DNA of 55,774 nt from Bdellovibrionota bacterium (GCA_050952645.1 JBMNLI010000005.1:1-55774), one strand, 5' to 3'; positions 41,131-50,743 are shown, counted from the first letter of the stretch. The notes: generated from the sequence alone by a model not told the origin. Translations and numbers: made by a program.

Positions 41131-43128
41131 ATGAAATTTTACATGAATGAGCTATTATTTTATTTAGATCAATTTAATTTAAACACTTATACGCTATTTT
41201 TAACTGCTCTTTTGCCATTTTCTTATTTCGTGTATTCTAAAGAAAACTTTTATGATGAAAAAAAGATTAAAGCATATAATTTTATAAATATTTTTATTTC
41301 TGCCCTAATAATATGTTTTGCTTTTTATAAAATTGGAAGTGGTGCGCTTGAAGGAAGTTATGAAAATATTGATACGAATGCACTCCATATTGCGATTTGT
41401 TTTCTAAGCATCTTGATAATATTTAAAAATAAAAGCTCAAATGTTGATACTTTAATAGATTCTTTTCTTTCTTCTAAAGGTCTATTAGAGGATACTAACC
41501 AAAGTAAAGATGCCCCAAAGGCTGTAAATAAAGAGCTTATCGGAGAATATACTTGGGAAGATTTAATAATAAACGATGATTTAAAAGATGAACTTAACTC
41601 TATAATTAACTTATTAAAAGACCCTGAAAATGCAAAACAATATGGCATCGATATTCCAAAGGGAATTTTATTTTTTGGCCCCCCAGGGACTGGTAAAACT
41701 ACTATTGCGAGAGTGGTTGCCAATTTAGCAGGAGTAAATTTTTTCGTTCTAAGAATGAATGAGATCGTTTCAAAGTGGGTTGGAGAGTCGGAGAAAAATT
41801 TAACTAAACTTTTTGAGGCGGCCTCTCAGAATGCTCCATCGATAATTTTTATAGATGAAATAGACTCTATTGGTAAAGCTAGGTCGAGTGCTAATGCAGA
41901 CCATGCAGATAAGCTTTTAAACCAGCTTTTACAGCTAATAGATGGAGTAATAAAAACTGAAGGAATTTACGTAATCGCCGCTACTAATAGACCAGACCTA
42001 GTCGATAGTGCGCTAAAAAGAGCGGGAAGATTAAATAGAGCAATAGAAATAGGGCTTCCAAATGAAGAAGCACGTATTTTGTTATTTGAATTATATACAA
42101 AGAATCTTAAATTTGAAACTAAGCTTGATTTAGAAATGCTAGCTAAAAAAACTGAAAATTGTAGTGCGGCAGATATCAAAGCTATTTGCAACCAAGCAGG
42201 GCTTTATTCTTACAGACGTGAAGAGTTTATTCCTAAAAAAGATAGAACTTATTTAATAAGTGATGATGATTTAAATAGGGCACTCGAAGATTTTACTAAA
42301 GATAAAGAAGAGATTAAAGATTTTAGCGATAGTAATAAAAAGAAAGATGAGTTTGTGCCTCAAAATGAAGCCGTTGAGAAGATAGGTTGGGACGATATTA
42401 TTATTTCTCAAAAACTTAAAGAAGAGCTTATTTCGGTAGTTAAGCTATTAAAAGGTGCTGATAATGCAAGAAAATATGGTATAGAGGTTCCAAAGGGTAT
42501 GCTTTTATATGGTCCTCCTGGAACTGGTAAAACTACCATAGCAAAAGTGATGGCAAATACTGCGAATATGGCTTTTTTCGTGCTTGAGACTAGTGATATA
42601 GTTTCTAAATGGGTAGGAGATTCGGAGAAAAATTTAACTGCTCTTTTTAAATCTGCTGAAAAATACGCACCGTCTATTTTGTTTATAGATGAGATAGACT
42701 CTATAGCTAGGAATAGAAACGAGAGCAATGCTCAACATGCTGATAATTTATTAAATCATCTGCTTCAATTGATAGATGGCGTTATAAAAAAAGAGGGGAT
42801 TTATATAATTGGAGCTACTAACAGAGAGGACTTAGTCGACCCAGCACTTAAAAGAGGGGGGAGACTTACTAAGTCGATCTATATTCCACTTCCAGATTTC
42901 GATTCAAGAGTGGCTTTGTTAAAACTTTTTTTAAGTAAGTATGTTTTAGATTTCGATGTTAATTATGAGTATGTAGCAGAGTTAGTCGATGGAAAATCTG
43001 GAGCCGATATAAAGGGAATATGCGCTCAAGCTGGACTTAATTCTTTTAAAAGAAACGTGGCACTAGGCATTGAAGATTATAAGGTTTCCGCTGAAGATCT
43101 AAAAGAAGCTTTAGAAGAGCTTTGTTAA
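41131..43128 (+). CDS. membrane-anchored tandem (type II) AAA ATPase, CDC48/VAT-like
   Basis: About three N-terminal TM helices, then two complete AAA modules, each with GPPGTGKT, SKWVG(E/D)SEK, FIDEID, ATNR, D.ALKR.GR; no protease domain. Confidence 0.9.
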   Translation: MKFYMNELLFYLDQFNLNTYTLFLTALLPFSYFVYSKENFYDEKKIKAYNFINIFISALIICFAFYKIGSGALEGSYENIDTNALHIAICFLSILIIFKNKSSNVDTLIDSFLSSKGLLEDTNQSKDAPKAVNKELIGEYTWEDLIINDDLKDELNSIINLLKDPENAKQYGIDIPKGILFFGPPGTGKTTIARVVANLAGVNFFVLRMNEIVSKWVGESEKNLTKLFEAASQNAPSIIFIDEIDSIGKARSSANADHADKLLNQLLQLIDGVIKTEGIYVIAATNRPDLVDSALKRAGRLNRAIEIGLPNEEARILLFELYTKNLKFETKLDLEMLAKKTENCSAADIKAICNQAGLYSYRREEFIPKKDRTYLISDDDLNRALEDFTKDKEEIKDFSDSNKKKDEFVPQNEAVEKIGWDDIIISQKLKEELISVVKLLKGADNARKYGIEVPKGMLLYGPPGTGKTTIAKVMANTANMAFFVLETSDIVSKWVGDSEKNLTALFKSAEKYAPSILFIDEIDSIARNRNESNAQHADNLLNHLLQLIDGVIKKEGIYIIGATNREDLVDPALKRGGRLTKSIYIPLPDFDSRVALLKLFLSKYVLDFDVNYEYVAELVDGKSGADIKGICAQAGLNSFKRNVALGIEDYKVSAEDLKEALEELC

Positions 43129-43169
43129 ATATGCACTTAAGAGTTTTAGATAAGAGATTTTAATAAGAG

Positions 43170-43271
43170 ATTTTGAAGTTGGTCGCATTAGCTTGCCGCT
43201 TACCCTAGATTTGCACTTACCTAGATTGCATTTACCTAGATTGAGCTTCTGCCTGCGCCCAACTTCAAAAT
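43170..43271. terminator. about 100-nt hairpin with a tandem repeat in its loop
   Basis: ATTTTGAAGTTGG / CCAACTTCAAAAT perfect 13-bp arms; the loop holds 3 copies of TTACC(C)TAGATT. Confidence 0.65.
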
Positions 43272-43321
43272 TAGATGGTTAAAACGATTAGCCAAAATTA
43301 TTTTTAGCTTTCAAAACAAAA

Positions 43322-44086
43322 TCAATGTAAAAGAACAAGATTTTTACTTAAGTTTTCGTGCCAACGAGTAAATAGAGTCTCTCCATAGCAAAGAATATAA
43401 ATACCATTTTTCATATCATCTTCGTTGATGGTTATTATTTCTGTGGTGATATTTTCGTTGTCTTTTGTATTAATGAGAATAATCTCGTCTCCGATTTTAA
43501 ATTTAAGCTCAGTATACTGAGGAGCTTCGTTTTTATGAATTTCTCTACTCAAATCATGAAGAAAAGCAACGTTGTTAATACTGCATTGGTGTTCAGCGTA
43601 TATAGAATCCGTATCATTTTTATTTGCTTCATCTAACAATACTTTCCAATCGTTTTTTTTGTAAAAGAGATCGAGAGAATATTTTAAGCGATACACTTCC
43701 TCTCCATCTTTATTTGTTTTTTTGATTTTTTCAAATTTGTTAAAGAAAAATTCACTACTAAGAGGATGTTCCAAAATTTTCCCATTTACGAAGATTGAAA
43801 GATTTTTTTTACCTTCTTTATTTTTGGGAAGCTCCTTATAAGTATATGACGATTTGTCGATAAACCTACCACGTTTAAAAACTCTTTTCAGTCCATCTTC
43901 GGTAAAAATCAAGCAAGTGATTTTTCCGTTCTCACCAATTTCTATCAAGTTTCCTACACGATAAAACGGAGATTTATTTAATGCTATCATTTCTTTTCCC
44001 ATCTTTCTACCACTTATAGTAGGTTTTAGGGTGATCTTATTCCTTAAATAACCTTTATTGCCAGTGTAATTACGTATACACGACAA
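43322..44086 (-). CDS. orphan hypothetical protein, probable distant paralogue of 25781-26473 (true start possibly the internal ATG of MGKEM)
   Basis: Long ORF with its own promoter and 3' hairpin; collinear motif matches to the other orphan. Confidence 0.7.
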   Translation of the reverse strand: MSCIRNYTGNKGYLRNKITLKPTISGRKMGKEMIALNKSPFYRVGNLIEIGENGKITCLIFTEDGLKRVFKRGRFIDKSSYTYKELPKNKEGKKNLSIFVNGKILEHPLSSEFFFNKFEKIKKTNKDGEEVYRLKYSLDLFYKKNDWKVLLDEANKNDTDSIYAEHQCSINNVAFLHDLSREIHKNEAPQYTELKFKIGDEIILINTKDNENITTEIITINEDDMKNGIYILCYGETLFTRWHENLSKNLVLLH

Positions 44087-44107
44087 GATTATTTAACCTA
44101 AAGAACT

Positions 44108-44136
44108 ATGTTAAAAAGAAAATAAGCGAATGTCAA
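44108..44136 (-). promoter_or_regulatory. sigma70 promoter for the orphan gene
   Basis: Minus strand TTGACA-N17-TAACAT. Confidence 0.55.
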
Positions 44137-44309
44137 ATATAATAATTTTTTTCTAAGGTTTTTATTGATGTTGGCAAATGTTTATTATTACCATTTTTTT
44201 CCTTTAAAAGAGCCTTAATATCTCTAGTAAAATTTTGCTAATTCTAGTATTATGTTAAATTATTATAGTTATTTTTAAGTTTTATAGTTTAGGAGGCTTT
44301 GAGAAGTTT

Positions 44310-45638
44310 ATGAATATATCTGTTATAGGCGCTGGTTATGTAGGTTTAGTCGCATCTGCTTGTTTAGCATCTTCTGGAAATGATGTATATAGTGTAGATA
44401 ATAATAAGGAAAAAATAGATCAATTAAATGATGGAATAATTCCAATTTACGAACCTGGCTTAAGTGAGTTAGTTTTAAAGAATGTAAAAGAAAATAGGTT
44501 GCACTTTACGACAGATATGAAAAAAGCCGTAGAAAATACTGATGTTATTTTTATCGCCGTAGGAACGCCTCAAGATGAAGATGGCTCGGCAGATTTAACG
44601 CACGTTCTCGATGTGGCTACTAGTATCGGAAAATTTATGAACAGAGATAAGATAGTCGTAGATAAGTCGACGGTGCCAGTAGGAACTGCTACATTAGTAA
44701 AGGAAACTATTTTAAAATATACAAAGCATAATGTAGATGTAGTAAGCAATCCAGAGTTTTTAAAAGAGGGTGCGGCTTTAGATGATTTTATGAAGCCAGA
44801 TAGAGTAGTAATCGGCACAGATAGTGAAAAAGCTAAAAAGGTGATGAATGAAATTTATGAACCTTTTGTTAGAAACAATAATCCAATTTTGTTTATGGAT
44901 ATAGCTTCAGCCGAGATGACTAAATACGCAGCGAACACTATGTTAGCTACTAGAATTTCTTTTATGAATGAGATATCTGCTCTTTGCGAAAAAGTAGGAG
45001 CCGATATCGAAAAAGTAAGATTAGGCATAGGAACAGACTCGAGAATCGGTATGCCCTTTTTATTCCCTGGAATTGGCTACGGTGGGTCTTGTTTTCCTAA
45101 AGATGTAAAAGCTTTAATTAAAACTGCTGAAAAAAATGGCTTAGAGTTCAAAATAGCAAAAGCAGTAGAAAGCGTTAATGCGTTGCAAAAGATGTCTATC
45201 GTTAATAAAATGAAAGAATTTTATGGCAAATCAGATTTTAAAGGTATGGTGTTTGCCGTTTGGGGCCTCGCTTTTAAACCAAAAACTGATGATACGAGAG
45301 AGGCTCCAGCGTTAGTGGTTTGTAGCGAACTTATTAAGCTTGGTGCTAAACTTCAAGCATTCGACCCTGAAGCCATGGAATCTTTTGCTTGGAGACTTGG
45401 AGATAATAATTCTATAATTTATACTGCTAATAACTATGAGGCATTAAAGGGGGCAGATGCTCTTGTAATATGCACAGAATGGAATGAATTTAGACGCCCT
45501 AATTATGAACGTATGAAAGAACTATTAAAAGATAATGTAATATTTGATGGACGAAATATATTTGATCCTGAAAAAATGGAGCAAGAGGGTTTTATCTATA
45601 ATAGTGTTGGGAGAAAATTAAATAAAAGAACTAAATAA
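44310..45638 (+). CDS. ugd: UDP-glucose 6-dehydrogenase
   Basis: GAGYVG, PIYEPGL, KSTVPVGT, NPEFLKEG, GYGGSCFPKD, FKP.TDD.RE. Confidence 0.95.
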   Translation: MNISVIGAGYVGLVASACLASSGNDVYSVDNNKEKIDQLNDGIIPIYEPGLSELVLKNVKENRLHFTTDMKKAVENTDVIFIAVGTPQDEDGSADLTHVLDVATSIGKFMNRDKIVVDKSTVPVGTATLVKETILKYTKHNVDVVSNPEFLKEGAALDDFMKPDRVVIGTDSEKAKKVMNEIYEPFVRNNNPILFMDIASAEMTKYAANTMLATRISFMNEISALCEKVGADIEKVRLGIGTDSRIGMPFLFPGIGYGGSCFPKDVKALIKTAEKNGLEFKIAKAVESVNALQKMSIVNKMKEFYGKSDFKGMVFAVWGLAFKPKTDDTREAPALVVCSELIKLGAKLQAFDPEAMESFAWRLGDNNSIIYTANNYEALKGADALVICTEWNEFRRPNYERMKELLKDNVIFDGRNIFDPEKMEQEGFIYNSVGRKLNKRTK

Positions 45639-45796
45639 AAGAATTAAATAAGAATAAAAAATAATTTATTTTCACGTTTTAAGGTAACATAAAGAAAGTT
45701 TAGGCTAAAGCTAATTTTCTTTTTAGTCCTAGAGTGTGCTATAATATTAAATGGAATTTAATATTAAAAATAGAGTTATAATATTAAGCAGAGCTT

Positions 45797-45876
45797 AAAA
45801 TTTAAATAATAAAATTTAAATAATAAAATTTAAATAATAAAATTTAAATAATAAAATTTAAATAATAAAATTTAAA
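45797..45876. repeat. 14-bp intergenic tandem array, about 5.5 copies
   Basis: AAAATTTAAATAAT repeated upstream of uxs. Confidence 0.95.
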
Positions 45877-45898
45877 AATAAAAAGGAAAAATAAAATT

Positions 45899-46840
45899 AT
45901 GGCAAGAATAGCAATAACTGGAGGAGCTGGATTTATTGGCTCGCATTTAACCGATGCACTTTTATCGAAAGGGCACGAAGTGATAGTAGTAGATAATTTA
46001 TTTACAGGCACTAAATCAAATATTGCTCATCATTTAGGAAATGCAAATTTTGAATTTATTAGGCACGATATCGTATCTCCAATCTTTCTTGAGGTAGATG
46101 AAATTTACCATTTAGCTTGCCCCGCTTCGCCTGAACATTACCAATATAATTCTATAAAAACCATAAAAACGAATGTTTTAGGCACTATAAATATGTTAGG
46201 ACTTGCAAAGCGTTCAAAGGCTAAGTTTTTACTTGCGTCTACTTCTGAAATTTATGGAGACCCTCTAGAACATCCTCAAAAAGAAACTTATTGGGGAAAT
46301 GTAAATACGGTTGGTCCTAGAAGTTGCTATGATGAGGGAAAAAGAATAGCTGAAACTCTTTCTATGAGTTATAGAGTGCAAAATAATGTAAATACTAAAA
46401 TAGTTCGTATCTTCAATACTTATGGTCCTAGAATGCTTTTTAATGATGGAAGAGTAGTTTCAAATTTTATAGTTCAAGCTTTAAAGGGTGAGGATTTAAC
46501 TATATTTGGAGATGGCAATCAAACTAGGTCTTTTTGTTATGTAGATGATTTAGTTTCTGGACTTATAAAAATGATGGAAACAAAAGATTTTTATGGACCT
46601 TGCAATTTAGGCAATCCTACTGAAATGAATATGAAAGATTTAGCTAGTAAAATTATTGCTCTTACTAACTCAAAATCGAAAATAGTTTACAGGCCGCTCC
46701 CCGAAGATGATCCAAAGAGAAGAAAACCTGATATTTCCTTAGCTAAAGAAAAGCTAGCTTGGGAACCAAAGGTTGATGTCGATACTGGGATTATGAAAAC
46801 TATTAAAGACTTTGAAGAGAGATTAAAAAAGGAAGCTTAA
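45899..46840 (+). CDS. uxs: UDP-glucuronate decarboxylase (UDP-xylose synthase)
   Basis: [63 protein letters not shown]. Confidence 0.93.
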   Translation: MARIAITGGAGFIGSHLTDALLSKGHEVIVVDNLFTGTKSNIAHHLGNANFEFIRHDIVSPIFLEVDEIYHLACPASPEHYQYNSIKTIKTNVLGTINMLGLAKRSKAKFLLASTSEIYGDPLEHPQKETYWGNVNTVGPRSCYDEGKRIAETLSMSYRVQNNVNTKIVRIFNTYGPRMLFNDGRVVSNFIVQALKGEDLTIFGDGNQTRSFCYVDDLVSGLIKMMETKDFYGPCNLGNPTEMNMKDLASKIIALTNSKSKIVYRPLPEDDPKRRKPDISLAKEKLAWEPKVDVDTGIMKTIKDFEERLKKEA

Positions 46841-47064
46841 AAGAAAATTTGCTTTGCTGTAAAGATTATCTTAAGAGTTTATTAAATTATAGTTATATTT
46901 AAAGTAATTTATTTTAGGTAAATTTTCTTAAGTTTAAGCGTAAAGACCTAAAAGAAAGATCTAAAAGAAAGATATCTTTTAAAAATTTATTATATTTAAT
47001 TACGCTTTATTATTATAATTACAATTATTATTATTACTACTATTACTATTTCTATTTATAATTT

Positions 47065-48873
47065 ATGAATAACAATAATATTAGAAACTTTAGCATTATT
47101 GCTCATATAGATCATGGGAAATCTACTTTAGCAGATAGAATTTTAGAAAAAACTGGTGCTCTTGAAGCTCGTCAAATGCAAGAGCAATTTTTAGATAGGC
47201 TTGACCTTGAAAGAGAACGTGGAATTACCATTAAAGCTCAAACAGTTTCTTTAAAATATACCGCTAAAGATGGTAAGGAATATGAGTTGAATTTAATAGA
47301 TACCCCAGGGCATGTAGATTTTAATTATGAAGTTTCTAGAAGTTTAGCAGCTTGCGAGGGAGCACTTTTAGTAATCGATGCTACGCAAGGAGTAGAGGCA
47401 CAAACTTTAGCTAACGTTTATCTAGCTATCGATAATGATTTAGAGATAATTCCAGTATTAAATAAAATAGACCTTGCTAGTGCAGATATAGAAAAAGTAA
47501 AGGCACAAATTGAAGATATTATCGGTATAGATGCTAGCAAGGCTATTCTAATTAGTGCTAAAACTGGGCAAGGCGTAGAGGATGTCTTAGAAGCCATAGT
47601 AGAGAGAGTGCCTGCCCCTAAAAAAAATGATGATACTGAGCAACTTAGAGCGCTCGTTTACGACTCTTGGTTCGACTCGTTTTTAGGTGCAGTAGTGCAA
47701 GTTAGAGTAGTAGATGGAGTGCTACGTGAAAAAGATAAAATTCAATTTATGAGCACTAAAAGTACGCACGAGATTTATAAAATGGGAGTTTTTGCTCCTC
47801 AACCTAAAGAGGTTTCTAGTTTAAAAAGTGGAGAGGTAGGATATTTTTCAGCAGCTATAAAAAATCTTTCTGACGTAAAAATTGGAGATACCGTAACACT
47901 CGCAGCAACGCCTGCGAGGGAGCCACTAGCTGGTTTTAAAGAAATAAAATCCGTAGTTTTTGGGGGACTTTTTCCTATCGATACGCAAGATTACCAAGAG
48001 TTAAGAAGCGCTTTAGAAAAGTTAAGTTTAAATGATGCGTCTTTTACTTATGAGCCTGAAAGTTCCGTGGCATTAGGGTTTGGTTTTAGATGTGGCTACT
48101 TAGGGCTTCTTCATATGGAGGTTATTAGAGAAAGACTTGAAGGAGAGTTTAATTTAAGCTTAATATCGACGGCACCAACTGTGGTGTATAAAGTTCATAT
48201 GAAAAACGGCACTATAATTCAAGTCGATAATCCGTCTAAATTTCCTAATGCTGGGGAGTATTTGTATATAGAAGAGCCAGTAGCTCTAGTCACTATTCAT
48301 ACCCCTGAGGAATACGTAGGAAATATTATAAAATTATGTGAAGAAAAACGAGGTGTGCAAGATAATATGCACTTTTATTCTAATGGTGAAAGGGCGGTTA
48401 TAACGTATGATTTGCCATTAAATGAAATAATATTAGATTTTCATGATAGGTTAAAAAGCTTAACTAAGGGTTATGCATCTTTTGATTATGAGCTAAAAGA
48501 GTACAGGAAAGCTAGTCTTGTTAAATTAGATATAAGAGTTAATGAAGAAACGGTCGATGCATTAAGCACTATAGTTCATAAAGATAAGGCCTTTCATCAA
48601 GGGCAAGCTTTAACTGAAAAATTAAAAGAGCTTATCGATAGACAAATGTTTGTAGTGCCGATACAAGCAGTAGTAGGGGGAAAAGTTATAGCTAGAAGCA
48701 CGGTAAAAGCTTTAAGAAAAAATGTGCTTGCAAAATGTTATGGTGGTGATATTTCTAGAAAAAGAAAACTTTTAGAAAAGCAAAAAGAGGGTAAAAAGAA
48801 AATGAAAAAGCTAGGGAAAGTAAGTATTTCACAAGACGCATTCTTAGCAGTTCTAAAAGCTCATGATAATTAG
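47065..48873 (+). CDS. lepA: elongation factor 4
   Basis: [51 protein letters not shown]. Confidence 0.98.
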   Translation: MNNNNIRNFSIIAHIDHGKSTLADRILEKTGALEARQMQEQFLDRLDLERERGITIKAQTVSLKYTAKDGKEYELNLIDTPGHVDFNYEVSRSLAACEGALLVIDATQGVEAQTLANVYLAIDNDLEIIPVLNKIDLASADIEKVKAQIEDIIGIDASKAILISAKTGQGVEDVLEAIVERVPAPKKNDDTEQLRALVYDSWFDSFLGAVVQVRVVDGVLREKDKIQFMSTKSTHEIYKMGVFAPQPKEVSSLKSGEVGYFSAAIKNLSDVKIGDTVTLAATPAREPLAGFKEIKSVVFGGLFPIDTQDYQELRSALEKLSLNDASFTYEPESSVALGFGFRCGYLGLLHMEVIRERLEGEFNLSLISTAPTVVYKVHMKNGTIIQVDNPSKFPNAGEYLYIEEPVALVTIHTPEEYVGNIIKLCEEKRGVQDNMHFYSNGERAVITYDLPLNEIILDFHDRLKSLTKGYASFDYELKEYRKASLVKLDIRVNEETVDALSTIVHKDKAFHQGQALTEKLKELIDRQMFVVPIQAVVGGKVIARSTVKALRKNVLAKCYGGDISRKRKLLEKQKEGKKKMKKLGKVSISQDAFLAVLKAHDN

Positions 48874-48918
48874 AAAGATTTATTCTTATAATTTTTTAAT
48901 TAACCACTATTTTTATTT

Positions 48919-49048
48919 TAAACTTTCCCTTATTTTACGTATAAAATTTAATTTTAACTTTATAACCTACTCGAAATAATTAAAAAAAAATTAAGAAACA
49001 CTCACATAAATTATTAAACATAGCATACGTATAACAAGAAAAAGTTTA
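48919..49048. repeat. dispersed MITE/REP-like element, copy 2, with imperfect terminal inverted repeats
   Basis: Ends TAAACTTTCCCTTATTTTACGTA / TACGTATAACAAGAAAAAGTTTA pair at 19/23; shares two near-identical blocks with 25452-25621. Confidence 0.8.
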
Positions 49049-49066
49049 GGTTTTATAATAATTATT

Positions 49067-49984
49067 TTATTGGCAACTAATAAAATAATGTGGATAAATG
49101 TTGCTTGATGTTATCAATGTAGGGTCGTAGCAAGCGTTTAAGCAGACATTTACATTAAGCTTACCAGTTTTAGTGTCGCCTCCAAATATTCCTGCAAAAA
49201 TATAATCAGATCTATCTATTTGTAATTTGAATGAACACTTAACTCCTGGGTGTGTGCCACAATCTTTGATTTCGCAAGAAACGCCGTCGCTCGTTGTTTT
49301 TATTATCGAAAATTTAGATACGTCAGTAATAAATTGCTCTTTTAAATTATTATCGATTCCCCCTACTTTACATGAACACGTTTCGCAAACTGCGTCAGTG
49401 TGGCAAGAATCTTTACAAGCATTACACTGCTCACAATTATTCCCAGTTTCATTGCAAGTAGTACATGCAGGTTGCCCGTCGCACGTATTTACACAAGCAG
49501 TTTCACAAGCATTCCTTAATTTTTCATTTTGTTCTAGGACTCTTTTATTCAATCCTTCAGATACGTATTGGGTATAAGTACTTACCCTTTTCCTAGTTTC
49601 ATACATTCTAAAGCCATCTACCGTAAGGGCTGCTAATCCTAAATAAACGATAATAAGGAATATCGTCATTATTAAAATTGCTCCTTTTTGGTTTTTGAAT
49701 ATTTTATTTTGTAAAATTTTATTTTTAATCGTTTGATTTTTAAAATTTTTATTATTTTTGATTTTAGTTTTTAGTTTCGATTTGAAGATAATTTTTGAGT
49801 TAATGGCTGATTTTATTTTCGATGTTATTCTAGCTATATTATTTTTCATTATATTATCTTTTATATTATCTTTTATATTATCTTTTATATTATCTTTTAT
49901 ATTATCTTTTATATTATCTTTTATATTATCTTTTATATTATCTTCCATTATATTATTTATCCTTACTAATATTTTTATCCACAA
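49067..49984 (-). CDS. TadG-like pseudopilin with Cys-rich insert (start uncertain)
   Basis: QKG-AILIMTIFLIIVYLGLAALTVDG prepilin-like Tad N-terminus; a 12-Cys block follows. Confidence 0.7.
   Translation of the reverse strand: MWIKILVRINNIMEDNIKDNIKDNIKDNIKDNIKDNIKDNIKDNIMKNNIARITSKIKSAINSKIIFKSKLKTKIKNNKNFKNQTIKNKILQNKIFKNQKGAILIMTIFLIIVYLGLAALTVDGFRMYETRKRVSTYTQYVSEGLNKRVLEQNEKLRNACETACVNTCDGQPACTTCNETGNNCEQCNACKDSCHTDAVCETCSCKVGGIDNNLKEQFITDVSKFSIIKTTSDGVSCEIKDCGTHPGVKCSFKLQIDRSDYIFAGIFGGDTKTGKLNVNVCLNACYDPTLITSSNIYPHYFISCQ
49848..49945. repeat. 12-bp tandem array, about 8 copies (DNIK on the minus strand)
   Basis: TTATATTATCTT repeated. Confidence 0.95.
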
Positions 49985-50604
49985 AGCTCGCTTCTATACG
50001 ATATCGATTTAAAACTTATTTTAGGATTAAATGGTTTAAATTCTGCATCCATACCAAAATTTAATGATGATTGCTCGTCTTTATTTCCAAAAAAATTATC
50101 TTTATATTTAGCTGAAGCGGTTATGGTAATGAGGCAAGCCGTAGAAGACCCGACGCTTTCTTGACTAACTTGTATTGTATAATCTATATCTTTTAGTTGT
50201 AATATGCGTATATAACTTTCAGCCGATTCGTTCATTTTCATAATAGCGAAATTTATGCAACTTTTTTTAGGATCAATATTTTTAGTCGATTCCCAATTAG
50301 TTTCTACAGTTCCAACTTTACAAGCAGGATATGTGCAATCGCCTGAGCTATTGCAATATGGCAATCTTGCACTGCCCCAAAGAGTTCCAGCTCTAGCGAG
50401 ATTTTCCATTGCACTATACGTAATAAATAGTCTGCTAACGGCAAAAATACCGAAAAATGCAAACAAAATTATAGGAAGAACTAGTGCAAACTCTACAAAT
50501 GCAGCACCTCTTTGTTTAGAGTTTTTTTGCCTAGAGTCTTTTTGTTTACTATTTTTAAAATTGTTATGCTTTTTTTGATTTTTAAAATAAAACATAAAAC
50601 ACAT
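49975..50604 (-). CDS. TadE-like pseudopilin
   Basis: QRG-AAFVEFALVLPII...ARAG TadE signature (G|xxxxEF). Confidence 0.85.
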   Translation of the reverse strand: MCFMFYFKNQKKHNNFKNSKQKDSRQKNSKQRGAAFVEFALVLPIILFAFFGIFAVSRLFITYSAMENLARAGTLWGSARLPYCNSSGDCTYPACKVGTVETNWESTKNIDPKKSCINFAIMKMNESAESYIRILQLKDIDYTIQVSQESVGSSTACLITITASAKYKDNFFGNKDEQSSLNFGMDAEFKPFNPKISFKSISYRSELCG

Positions 50605-50713
50605 ATATAAAACGTTTAATGTAAAACTTTTTTGAAACTTTTTTGTAAAATTTACTATAAAAAATTATTACTATAAAAAACTAAATTAGAGCCTTTACAT
50701 AAGGACTATAGAC

Positions 50714-50743
50714 TAGTATCGGGTTAATTTAATAAAAAAATTA
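50714..50743 (-). promoter_or_regulatory. sigma28-like promoter for tadE/tadG
   Basis: Minus strand TAAT-N16-CCCGATACTA. Confidence 0.5.

Noticed and set aside
41131..43128. AAA protein as FtsH
   Set aside because: It has a second AAA module instead of an M41 protease domain and no HExxH
19742..43271. Orphan-associated hairpins as integron attC sites
   Set aside because: No RYYYAAC...GTTRRRY boxes (only the 25675 hairpin has AAC/GTT), the cassettes are not arrayed, and no intI is in the window
49385..49510. Cys-rich block as a multiheme cytochrome
   Set aside because: No CxxCH motif; the nearest is CKDSCH (Cx3CH), once only
49848..49945. Tandem arrays as CRISPR
   Set aside because: Units are 9-39 bp, head-to-tail, with no unique spacers; no cas genes
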